Source: Trypanosoma brucei (lineage: Eukaryota). From it: DNA of 64,000 nt. A program made the translations under genes and the position numbers. The notes beneath the pieces are model-generated. The model was not told where the DNA came from, searched no databases, and was given only the letters and a program-made list of their open reading frames with translations. The stretch lies in assembly GCA_000002445.1 (NCBI GenBank), contig CH464491.1, forward strand, positions 320,001-384,000. The letters are read 5' to 3'. This document shows positions 20,898 to 30,885 of this stretch, one piece after another. Each line of letters opens with the position of its first letter. The first letter of the stretch is position 1.

Positions 20898-22247
20898 ATG
20901 AGCACCTCAATTGAGGGAGACAATTGTGGTATATGTTTCACTTCGATTCATCCTCAGTGTAACCCACGTGGAAAACTGAATAGTTGTGGACACATATTTT
21001 GTGCATATTGTATTAAGAAGTGGGCGGAAAGCACAAATGTCTGCCCTCATTGCAAGGCAAGATTTACAACCATTACGGTGTCAAATACCAAAGGTAAAAA
21101 TGAAGTAAAGAAGGTTCGAAAGCGAAACTACAAACTATGGGAATTAAGTGATTCGGAAAGTGAGGGTGAGGGCGGTGAAGCCCTGGCACTGCCACGCGGT
21201 TCGGTGCGATGTGGCGTTTGCGGTGAAGGCGACAACGCCATTCGTATGATTTTTTGCGACCGCTCCCAATGTGACTATACCGTTCATTTGGATTGTGTTG
21301 GGATGTCCGACAGGCCATCTGAGTTCTTTTGTTCCGAGTGTCGTGCGATGTTCGGGGAAGGGGAAACTTCAACATGTCCGCCACCCAACGTCGGAAAGGA
21401 TCGCAGTTGTAACCCAACAGAATATAACGGCAGTAGCTCCTCGCCCAGTTCTAATGTTTGTGCGCCTGCTCCTTCACCTTGCACAACTACAGCGAGGAAA
21501 ATTAGTGTCCCACCGCCGGCATTTCTCCGAGAGGCAATGGAGCGATCCGCTGGGAAGAGGCTAAGAGACGCTAATGTGGAGAACCGCAGTGAAACGCCGG
21601 TCATGCCGCGCCGAAACGCAAATGACTGGAGTCCTGAAGGCGGATATGTAAATGTCGACAACGGCACCATCAACCACGCAGCACAAACCGCGATGCAGCA
21701 ATATCTTCAACGTATGGAGCAACGCGCGCATAGGGAGAAACTTCAATGCGCACACCGCCCCGCGCAACGGCAAGGAGGGGGAGACTGTTTGCGTCAAAAT
21801 ACCCAACTGCGTCTCGATAGAAGGTGCGCTCAGGTCAGGTCTGCTGCAAATGCTGCTGAAATGGAAGCGCTTCTCAATCCGATAACACGGCAGCGTGAAG
21901 AGGAGAGACTTGCAAGGCAACTGGCTAAGGACCTGATGCCCGTGCTTCGCCGCAATCAGTACCTTAAAGACAACCGATTAGTGTTGGACAGTGACGGGTG
22001 TGTGGTTATGAATCCGCCACCGTCGGAACTGGAGGCTTCTGGACGTGAAGCTGAATTGTACAGTCAAGCCATGGTGGAAGGGCGGCGCATGGCTCAGCAA
22101 CGCATTAGTGCAAAGGTGGCAAGTGCACGCCTTCGGAAGGAACAATTACTCATGATTCAGGCAGAAAGGGAGGCTCTTGCGCTTAACCAGCTGGCGATGA
22201 TGATTGCCTCACGTCGCACCGGGGGGGGGGATCCGAAGGTTGACTGA
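20898..22247 (+). CDS. RING (C3HC4) plus PHD zinc-finger protein, PHRF1-like.
   Basis: The RING is CGICFTS...CGHIFCAYCIKKW...CPHCK. The PHD is CGVCGEGDN...IFCDRSQCDYTVHLDCVG...FFCSECR. The first ATG is 20898. The 3' end contains a G10 homopolymer (22220-22229) just before the stop. Confidence 0.7.
   Translation: MSTSIEGDNCGICFTSIHPQCNPRGKLNSCGHIFCAYCIKKWAESTNVCPHCKARFTTITVSNTKGKNEVKKVRKRNYKLWELSDSESEGEGGEALALPRGSVRCGVCGEGDNAIRMIFCDRSQCDYTVHLDCVGMSDRPSEFFCSECRAMFGEGETSTCPPPNVGKDRSCNPTEYNGSSSSPSSNVCAPAPSPCTTTARKISVPPPAFLREAMERSAGKRLRDANVENRSETPVMPRRNANDWSPEGGYVNVDNGTINHAAQTAMQQYLQRMEQRAHREKLQCAHRPAQRQGGGDCLRQNTQLRLDRRCAQVRSAANAAEMEALLNPITRQREEERLARQLAKDLMPVLRRNQYLKDNRLVLDSDGCVVMNPPPSELEASGREAELYSQAMVEGRRMAQQRISAKVASARLRKEQLLMIQAEREALALNQLAMMIASRRTGGGDPKVD
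22220..22229. repeat. G10 homopolymer inside the last codons of the RING-PHD gene.
   Basis: caccggggggggggatcc seen directly. Runs of this length are prone to length errors and slippage. Confidence 0.9.
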
Positions 22248-22782
22248 TTTTGTGATATCCTATCCGAAATTTTATTATTTTTGGTGAGTGTGTGGAGCTG
22301 GAGTAAGGACTCCATGATTTTTGTCTTTTTTTTTCTTGGTGGATGCTGCTGTTACTTCTCTACCGCAGTTGTTTCGGTTTTTTTTGTTTTTTGAAAAGTC
22401 AGTTCGTTGATACGACAAATTACTTTGAGGTTTTTTTTTTTAAAAAATGGAAGCAGACACAACAATTATTAAGCGAGGTTATTGCGAGAGAGCCTATACA
22501 TTACATGTATACGTTTGTGCGTGTTTAATTGATTAAGTTGCAGTTGGTTGTGTTGCGTCACTTAGATTATTATGTTGTTTTGTTGATGTCTGAATAGTCA
22601 TTACCATATTGCGTTCTACTCTTGCACTGCTGTCCGCTACTTTCACTCCGCTTCGTGATCAACTTTGCTATTTGCTCCATTTACAATATCAAATATGTAC
22701 CAATATTGAAGAACTGCTAGGTTTGTATCACTAAAGAACAGATAGTGAGATCAAACAGAAGGGCAGTAATCCATCACCCTTC

Positions 22783-24627
22783 ATGGGAGACAGTGTGATA
22801 CCCCATCACACGGTGGTGCAGTGTATTTACTCATTTTTAAAGGCACATGGGTACAAAAACTCACTTCTCGCCCTGCAGAGCGAGTCCCGTGTGCCGTATA
22901 ATACCATTGATGTTGTTGAGATTGATGAAGCAAGCAAAGACACACCGTGTGTGAACCCGAAGTCACTGGAGCGCGCAGTTCTAGGAGGCAAATGGGACGT
23001 TGTACTCCACAATTATGTGGATACTTTGTTACTCCCTGAGGAGATTGTTTTTGCTCTCTATGAGCTCATATTTGAGGAGCTGCTGGCGTTGGGAGGGTTT
23101 GTTCATGCGGCGCGTGCTTTGTTTACATCTTCGCCGGTGTTTGCCAACATGAAGCGCTCTTCCGGCGCCCGATACGCTCGGTTGGAGCGAATGCTCGCTT
23201 CTTTCAAAAACGAAAACATTAACGACGTAGGAACTGGAGGAACTGAAGTGGTTCCTCGCCATCTTATGGAGAAGCGTGAGGCATTGTTGAAAACCTTACA
23301 GGAAGCTATCACTTGGAATGAAGAACCATACGATGGTGCTCTCCCCGCAGCGTTATGCCGGATGTTCAGTAATGATGGACGTATTGGTGGGCCCCCTTCA
23401 CAGCAATCGACCATGGCGAAAGGGAATGATGCTGTAAGCGTTGGTGATGCCTCAGCAGTTTGTGCTCCTACCACCTTTTTGCGCTATCCGCTTTGCTGCC
23501 CAAAGAAACTCAAAAGCCAAACGCTACCTGGGGGCGGAAGACCATCCGCTTGCATCGTCACACCTCTGTCCAGGAGTGGAGGGGAACAAAGGAAGTTTAC
23601 TGCCCTCGTTGTTGGCACGACTGACGGTGTAGTTAATATTCTTGATGCTGAATCTGCGGGTCCTGTGGAAGGTTCTGTCAAACACACCGATGAGGTTTTG
23701 AGTGTAACCGTGGACGCAGGAGCGGACGGCGGCGTTGCATGGGTTGCGGTTGGGTATCGGGATGGTTGGGTGAAGATTTATAACACAGAGACTAGGAAGT
23801 TGGTGCGCCGTTTCACACAAGTCCACAGTGGGGGCGTAACGTCTGTTGTTTTTACTGGGTCAAGGGCGCCTGAGCTTTTTGGGCACCGGACGCACCTTGT
23901 TTCGGGATCATACGATGGCAGCGTGCAGCTCCTTAACATTCTTAGTGGGGTTTCGCTTCAGCGTATCGGTGATGCACATCATTCCAAGTATGTGTTGTCC
24001 TTGTGTGGGATTTGTTCGGAATCTAGCGAGGATTACCACGTCGTGTCGGCTGGGAATGACGGCGTTCTTTGCTTCTGGAGCTTCTCCGAAGAAAAAATCC
24101 AGCGAGTGGGACATCCGCGAGCGTTGACGACAATTCATGCCGCCTTGAGGGATGACATTCCAACCCGGTTGCTGCCTATAGATGACAGTGGGACAACGAA
24201 GGAAATCTTGGTTCTTACCCGCGGGCAGTGGGCGCTGGTGCTGAGTACCTGTTTTACAAATAACTCAGCGGAACCGCTTGTACTAACACTCCACTGCACC
24301 ATTTACACTCCTCGACCGATGTTTGGCGGTTGCTTGAGGGTTGTGAATACTCCGGCGCAACCGGAGCCTATGTTGACCGTCTTTCTAACTGATAGAAGTG
24401 GTACCATTATACTTTACAATATTGAAATGAGGTGGCGCGGGTCTACTACTGTTGGTACAACCAAGGAATTTCGTCCTGTCGATGAGAGCTCTATTGTGGT
24501 GATAGAACACGGAAAGACTGTAGAAACTCTTAACGTAGCATACGTTCCGGGGAAGCTCGACAATCTTTTGGCTTATTCCCCTTCGATTCCTGCCATGTAT
24601 CTTCTTTCGTGGGAAGCAGAGGCGTGA
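22783..24627 (+). CDS. LisH-CTLH-WD40 repeat protein (WDR26/SMU1-like).
   Basis: N-terminal LisH (VVQCIYSFLKAHGYKNSLLALQSE) and CTLH (LERAVLGGKWDVVLHNYVDTLLLPEEIVFALYELIFEELL) motifs. Multiple WD-like blades follow (GSYDGSVQLL, SAGNDGVLCFWSF). The ORF is ATG-initiated. Confidence 0.65.
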   Translation: MGDSVIPHHTVVQCIYSFLKAHGYKNSLLALQSESRVPYNTIDVVEIDEASKDTPCVNPKSLERAVLGGKWDVVLHNYVDTLLLPEEIVFALYELIFEELLALGGFVHAARALFTSSPVFANMKRSSGARYARLERMLASFKNENINDVGTGGTEVVPRHLMEKREALLKTLQEAITWNEEPYDGALPAALCRMFSNDGRIGGPPSQQSTMAKGNDAVSVGDASAVCAPTTFLRYPLCCPKKLKSQTLPGGGRPSACIVTPLSRSGGEQRKFTALVVGTTDGVVNILDAESAGPVEGSVKHTDEVLSVTVDAGADGGVAWVAVGYRDGWVKIYNTETRKLVRRFTQVHSGGVTSVVFTGSRAPELFGHRTHLVSGSYDGSVQLLNILSGVSLQRIGDAHHSKYVLSLCGICSESSEDYHVVSAGNDGVLCFWSFSEEKIQRVGHPRALTTIHAALRDDIPTRLLPIDDSGTTKEILVLTRGQWALVLSTCFTNNSAEPLVLTLHCTIYTPRPMFGGCLRVVNTPAQPEPMLTVFLTDRSGTIILYNIEMRWRGSTTVGTTKEFRPVDESSIVVIEHGKTVETLNVAYVPGKLDNLLAYSPSIPAMYLLSWEAEA

Positions 24628-25086
24628 AGTTGACTTGAAATGTTCGCACTGATGGTTTTGCGCAGTGATTTTACAAACTTTTGTGCATTTCTGGAATAGC
24701 TGCCAACTATCTGGATGCGGCATCGGTGTCTTCTCTCTCTCTCTATATATATATACGTTTTTTTTAAAAAGTCATGAATGTCCTTACCCACGAAATTCCC
24801 TTGACGTTACGTGGTCATCTGGGTTTGGCTTATTGGGGGAGTTGGGTGTGATCAAAAGTCCCCTTAATAGTTTTCACGCGAATTCATTGCATCGGTTTAA
24901 AATATTATTATTATTATTATTACCGTTATATATGTTCCTTTTTTTTTTGTCGTCAGCAAGTGCGTAAGTTGAGCACTTCCCATTCCCCTTCCCCTCATCT
25001 TTTTTTCTTTTGACCACCGTAGCTCTTCTCTGGTTTTTCTTCTATAATGATAAGTTTTAGTACAGTAAGTGGAAATAACTGACTCC

Positions 25087-26778
25087 ATGAGCAACAAATA
25101 CCTTTTGGATGAGAAGCAACAGTTTATTAATGGGATTGGCACCGAGTTGGCATGGGGATGGTCTCCAGCGATAGATTTTACCGAATTTTTGAATACAAGG
25201 AAGAGGGAACAAACTCTTGGAAAGGGGCCTGAGGGCACCTCAGAAGTGGTGAATCCAACTGTATCCGATGACAAAAAGTCCAGCCAAGAATCAAGTTGCC
25301 TTACCAAAGAAGAAAAGGATATTGAGTCGATGATTGCGACTATCAAACAGCGCTCAGTGGAAGATAAGGAAAGAAATGGATCTGATGAGCCCGGTGACGT
25401 GCGTGTGCTTCTTTGCGGAGCATGTGATATACGCCATGTTTTCCGCACCCTTTCCAGTTTACGGGTGAAGGGATCACTCACATCATCGGGGGAGTCAGTT
25501 GATCCTACGTGGCACTTCTATTTTTATGAGCCCAATCTGCGCGTGCATGCTCGTCACCTATTTTTCCTCAAGTGGCTGTTAGACAGTACTTTTTCTCTCG
25601 ATGAGCTTGAAGAGAGGGTGCTAATGTTCCTTGATGTTTTTGGTAATGCCATGACACGTGACACAACGGCTGCGCAGGTGCGAAATGTCGCCCAACAGCT
25701 ACTCAATGCGTTGCGCTCTGAGGGTGGAGGAGATCTCGCTGAGTTGGTGTCCTTTGCAGAAATGAAGGAAAAGGAACGCGACTTTGTGGAGCAGCAGATT
25801 GTGCACTGGACGCGTGATCGCTCGGTAGCTCACGTGGAAGAGACCCGCTCCAAACGCCTGAGGCAAGAGATGGCGGAGCGTTTCGATAACCGGGACAATA
25901 TCATTGACTGGGACTTCCACTTTCATCTGAATGACTACACAAACCTAATCAAATTTACAGAATATCGCACATGGCGCAACAATGGTGTTGCTTTCGATGC
26001 GACACACATCAACCCACGCCGTGAGTTCACGTATACTTACTCGGTTCCTAACAAAACGCTCTGCCACTTTAACAATAAAGGGGATGGTGTTTTCTTGGGT
26101 GATGTGAAGAATGGGCCGTTCTTTGCCTTGGGGGCACAAACTGCGAATACACACATTCGTTCCAGAACTTTCGATGGCACGTGTAAATATGGCAATGGTG
26201 TTGTCTCGATGCATAATATTCGTGCGTGGTTATATGGTCTCATGACAGGGTTGCGGTGGCCGTGGAGTGACCACTTATTTGCGTGGGATGATGCCTCTAA
26301 CTACAATTGGCTTCCAGAAGGTACCCCCAAAGACGTTACGCACCAAACCACATTACCTAAGGTGAAGTTTCATTTCATTGGTTTGGACTTGGACCGCTTC
26401 CTAAAGCGGATGCGGGATAAGGGAAGACAGAAGTTTGATGCAGCCTTTGTTGGGACAGGATGCACGCAGTTTATGACTCCCTCCTTTTTTGAGATTGCAA
26501 TGATGGAGGACGCTGTCGTGGTTGCGGAAACTGCAAAGTTTGTTATAGATATGAGAGATGAGGGCAAAAAAGCTTTTGTTAACAAAATATGCGAACTGGC
26601 TCGTGCGGCTAACTGGAACCGAAACGAAGACATAACCAAATCTCTTCACAAGGACCAGCCAGATCCTCAGAAAGTTGACGAGAACTCATCAAATAACAAG
26701 GCAGCGCTAATGGCGAAGGAGCGGTACGAAATGCCCTACCAAATAGCCCTTACGCGTTGCTGCTCTGTGGTGGCGTGA
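25087..26778 (+). CDS. DNAAF3: Axonemal dynein assembly factor 3-like (DNAAF3/PF22 family).
   Basis: The N-terminal WGWSPAIDF...VRVLLCGACDIRHVFRTLSS resembles the DNAAF3 signature (human ...SWWGLSPALD...DVLLLGSVDGRHLLRTLS). The size (~560 aa) is compatible. The first ATG is 25087; the ORF-track start at 25069 is GTG. Confidence 0.5.
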   Translation: MSNKYLLDEKQQFINGIGTELAWGWSPAIDFTEFLNTRKREQTLGKGPEGTSEVVNPTVSDDKKSSQESSCLTKEEKDIESMIATIKQRSVEDKERNGSDEPGDVRVLLCGACDIRHVFRTLSSLRVKGSLTSSGESVDPTWHFYFYEPNLRVHARHLFFLKWLLDSTFSLDELEERVLMFLDVFGNAMTRDTTAAQVRNVAQQLLNALRSEGGGDLAELVSFAEMKEKERDFVEQQIVHWTRDRSVAHVEETRSKRLRQEMAERFDNRDNIIDWDFHFHLNDYTNLIKFTEYRTWRNNGVAFDATHINPRREFTYTYSVPNKTLCHFNNKGDGVFLGDVKNGPFFALGAQTANTHIRSRTFDGTCKYGNGVVSMHNIRAWLYGLMTGLRWPWSDHLFAWDDASNYNWLPEGTPKDVTHQTTLPKVKFHFIGLDLDRFLKRMRDKGRQKFDAAFVGTGCTQFMTPSFFEIAMMEDAVVVAETAKFVIDMRDEGKKAFVNKICELARAANWNRNEDITKSLHKDQPDPQKVDENSSNNKAALMAKERYEMPYQIALTRCCSVVA

Positions 26779-27166
26779 TGTGCTTTATTTTAACTTGGCC
26801 GTTACTTTTCTAAATACCTTCCCGTGTCACTTTCCATGTGCTATTCTCATTACTGAGCGTAACTCACGTTTCTGACGTTACCGCTAGCTTTTCATGGATG
26901 AATGTGACGGAAACTGAAATCTTACGTGACTTATCTTCTGCTGCGTCTTCGTTGAACTACCGTTGTCGCTATCATACATTGTGCCTTTACCCTCACTTTA
27001 TGTGTTTTGTTAAGTTTCGGCTTCGTATGCGCCCCTATTAAACCTTTACCCTCCGCTTTCTGTCTTCTTGTTACGCACTGTTTTTTCCCCCTCTCGTTTT
27101 TTTCTTTGCTTTCTCATCGTTGTTATATTGCCTTTGCAATTTTTTTTAAAAAGAAGGTACCTCATT

Positions 27167-29509
27167 ATGTCGGATTTCGTCGATATTAATGTGAATACGC
27201 AGCCGGCCAGGGCGAATACCATCAGTTGGTTTGACGCAATTAGCCCTGGACGTGCCTCCCGGGTTGTAACACCTGCCACTTGTCCTCCACCCAGCAGCAC
27301 AAACATGTCCACAAAGGAAATACGCCAGAGTGACCTTGCGGTTACACAACGTCATCAGGAAAATGACCTCACCGTTTCGACAATATGTTACGACGACGAA
27401 AGTAACAGCTCACTGTTAAGGCGCTTAAACTCCACAGTAACGCCACCTCGTCCGCATACTAATTTAACCGATGGCGAAATGGGCACTTCTGTGGTCCTGG
27501 GTGAATATTCTACCGCTGCTGCCGCATCGCCACAACGACGGATGGTGAGTTCAGGAGCCGTTCCTCGTTCGCGTAGGCGGTGTGATGACATGTATGAGGA
27601 AGCTGTTCGAGGGAAATTGGCTAAAAGGCAGTGGGCTGCCGCCGAGCAAATTCGGCAATCGATTCTCGAGAGAGCGCGTATTGAGCGGGATTGCACGTTC
27701 CAACCTCAACTCTCCCCATATGCAAAAAAATTACACCGCCCTTCTCACCTTGCACCGGAAAACCGCATTTATGAAGAGCTTATGCGAAAGAGTGAATGGC
27801 GTGCACAGAAGCAAAAGGAGCACATTGAGGATGAGTTGAAGGGTTGCACTTTTCGACCGCTGACTGTGCAAGCAGCTAAGCTGAAATCATCGGCTCATGT
27901 ACGTGACTCTCATATCTTTAGCGAGCTCTATAATCACCATGAAGAGCAGCAATACTTTCGCGACGAACTTCGCCCGCGCGTGGTACAGCATTTGGAACAG
28001 CAAATACTGTACAAAAACCCATCCAATAAAATAGTCTCGGAGAACAAGATGAGTGAGGTTGTGGAGCGACTTATTTCCCGGGGCGCCATTGTACAGGCCG
28101 ATCGGCAAAGGGCGAAAAGCGCTGCTATTAGTTCTGAGACATTCAAACCAGCTATCAGCACCAAGTCGGAGCGTATTGTCTCACGACAACAGGATGCCGG
28201 TTTACTGTCGGAGGATGTGTTGGAACGGTTAATGAATCCGCCAAAGACGATGTCGCAGGATCGGTGTCAGCGCCGTGAACGTGAAGAAAAGTTATTTGAT
28301 GAGGATTTCAAGGAGATATGCTCCGAGTATTTGAAAGGTGTTCGCGTTTCGTTGCGGAAGGAATTAGAAAAGAACTTTATCTCCGCCAAATTCGATGCAT
28401 TGGCAGATTACATTCATAGAGAAGAACCCGATTACAAGGGATGTGACAGTCGTGTTGACAAGTACCCCATCAAACAACTGTTGAAGGCTGCTGTTTCTAT
28501 TCTCTCAGCAGAAGAGGGAGATGAGTTGGTGCACATACTAACACACAGTAGGTCTCCCGCTCTCAACCGAAAGGGATTTGTTACTCTGTGTCTGAAGGCT
28601 TTAGCAGTGGTTGAAGACCCACGCAGTAGTGCTCTGGCATCACTACCACCACCCCCTTCTAATTCAGGAAATGGAAACCGCACCGGATTTGTCGATAACA
28701 CCGACAAGAATCGTAGGGATCATTTGAACCGCTTGCGCCACAACATGTCACCCGAGGAAGTTGCGGCCATAAAGGCAAGCGCATTGGAGCGGCAGCAACG
28801 GCGCACTGAGGAGGAACTGCAACGGCAACGTGCAAAAGAAGAGGAAGAGATGAGGGAATGTACCTTCCGACCTCAGACAACCAGAAAAATACCACGTGAA
28901 TGTCGTTCTGGTCGGTACACAAACGTGAGGATCACCAAGGGGGAGATGCTCCGCCGAGCGCATATTCGAAAATCAAGGACTGAAAGCGTGGAAACCCCTA
29001 GTTTAGACCTACCAATTCCTCTGGTGAGGGATATATTTAAAAAACTAAAGATTCCAACAGCGTTTCCTTCACCGCAACGCAGAGCGCATAGCGCCGGTGC
29101 ACACCCTGGCGTTTGTGGGAAGCACCGCCAGATACGTACAACGGCCGTGTTGAAGTCACCCAAACAGCGGGTGAAATCCACGAGCAGACGAAGCAGAGCA
29201 GAAGGGGACCAACAGGGCGTTGCTACGCGTGCCGCTTCTGCCGTCGATAAAAAGAGTCATTTCCCAGCAAAGTCAAAGGGTAAAGAAGAGGCCGCATGTG
29301 CAGCAGTTCCGTCTGAACAAAGTTCGGAGGATGCTGCTGAAACTTATACCGGCCGCTCGTTTGATGGCAACCCTTGGCCAAATGCAGGAGCCCTGTTTCG
29401 TGATGCGGCTTCTGAGCATGGCGTTTTTGGTGGTGAGGGAGCGCTCACTGATCTTGGAAGGCAGCTGATTTTACAGCAACTGCGCGAATACAGAAGTAGG
29501 CAACGGTAA
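27167..29509 (+). CDS. Hypothetical protein with three dispersed (D/E/G)CTF(Q/R)P motifs and basic/charged low-complexity regions.
   Basis: 780-aa ORF. The motifs are IERDCTFQPQ, LKGCTFRPLT and MRECTFRPQT. The first ATG is 27167 (MSDFVDINV). Upstream ORF-track sequence (27068-27166) is a translated pyrimidine tract. Confidence 0.5.
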   Translation: MSDFVDINVNTQPARANTISWFDAISPGRASRVVTPATCPPPSSTNMSTKEIRQSDLAVTQRHQENDLTVSTICYDDESNSSLLRRLNSTVTPPRPHTNLTDGEMGTSVVLGEYSTAAAASPQRRMVSSGAVPRSRRRCDDMYEEAVRGKLAKRQWAAAEQIRQSILERARIERDCTFQPQLSPYAKKLHRPSHLAPENRIYEELMRKSEWRAQKQKEHIEDELKGCTFRPLTVQAAKLKSSAHVRDSHIFSELYNHHEEQQYFRDELRPRVVQHLEQQILYKNPSNKIVSENKMSEVVERLISRGAIVQADRQRAKSAAISSETFKPAISTKSERIVSRQQDAGLLSEDVLERLMNPPKTMSQDRCQRREREEKLFDEDFKEICSEYLKGVRVSLRKELEKNFISAKFDALADYIHREEPDYKGCDSRVDKYPIKQLLKAAVSILSAEEGDELVHILTHSRSPALNRKGFVTLCLKALAVVEDPRSSALASLPPPPSNSGNGNRTGFVDNTDKNRRDHLNRLRHNMSPEEVAAIKASALERQQRRTEEELQRQRAKEEEEMRECTFRPQTTRKIPRECRSGRYTNVRITKGEMLRRAHIRKSRTESVETPSLDLPIPLVRDIFKKLKIPTAFPSPQRRAHSAGAHPGVCGKHRQIRTTAVLKSPKQRVKSTSRRSRAEGDQQGVATRAASAVDKKSHFPAKSKGKEEAACAAVPSEQSSEDAAETYTGRSFDGNPWPNAGALFRDAASEHGVFGGEGALTDLGRQLILQQLREYRSRQR

Positions 29510-30885
29510 GCCGTGTGGTACTCTCAACCACTGACGAGGGATGCGATGAGTTGAAAAGGTGGGGACTTTATTGCCCATAAGGGAGAATACATATGTTTGC
29601 CAATTCATTTCTCATCTTAGATGGGTTTACCCATAGATGCACCCTGATGTGTGCGTACGGACTTGTATTTGTGTGTCTGTATTGATGAGTACAGCTGTAG
29701 CATGTTTTGCAGCATCACGGGTGAAGCGCAGGCCGATGGGGGGAAAAAATCTATCTTTATTTTTTGCCATTCGTTTAACTTTTTTTTTTCGGATCCCCAA
29801 TCTACCTTCTCTCTCTTTTTTTGCTTTGTATGCATTTTCTTGTACGATTTTTACTAGTATTATTACTACCATAGAGATTTCGGTATTTTCCGCGGGTTTA
29901 ATTTACACTGTATTCGCACACTGTATACGAATTCGGAGGAGGGGATGCCATAGTAACCATAAAGATATCCATACATGAATGTATAAAAATATATACACTT
30001 ACGTATTTTATTTGTTTCCGCCTTCGTTCCTCGAATTTCTTTTGTTCTCATTTTTTGTGCAGAAGTGTCCTTCGGCATCTACATGAGCGAATGCAACATT
30101 GCATGTATTGTCGCTTGTCTCCCATCAGTTCCTCCTTCGTTTTTTTTTACCTGCGACCATTGAATGTAACGGGCATTGATAGCAGGTGCCGCATAAAGCG
30201 AATAATGTGGCAAAAAAAAAAAAAGAAGGTTAATGAGTGGATACGGGAAAATAAATGAGGGAATAGAGGGTTCATACTGCGATTGTAAACTGATGGGAAA
30301 GTTCGAAAGTAGTTTCGATGACACAACATATCGGGATTGGGAGGTAAAGTACTGCAGTGGACCATTTTGTTAGTTATAAGTGTGAATATGGAGGCTTTTG
30401 AAGCGTTTCACGATATTAAAAGTGTGTGAGGATTTCACGCACTCGGACATTATGATTTTTTTCAAAATGGCCCATATAATTCTTTCTTGATCTTAAATAG
30501 AATAGGAGAGGGGAAGATGAGAGTGCGTTGAAACCGCTGAGTCTCCTGCTTCCTGTGTGGCGGTTTCTCTCCTTTTTTTTCCTTTTTTTTCTTTTTTCTT
30601 TGTGAGGAATGATCAAATACATTAATAATTAATTTATTTTTGCATGTTCGCCTGAGAAGGTCTGCTTCTGTCTTCGATCGGTGGTTATCAACATAAACCC
30701 CCTTCACACTCATACACGCATCATAGCAGCTCTCTTCTACCTTTCTGTTAAATTCGTCGATCACCTTCCTTTAATATTAAGCATTAGGCAGGTCAGATTG
30801 ATTTTGCTTTTTGCTGTTCGGTTGCCGTATTGCGGTGTAGCTTGCGGTACTTGAGTAGGCGGGATTCTTTAGGTTCACTGATACA

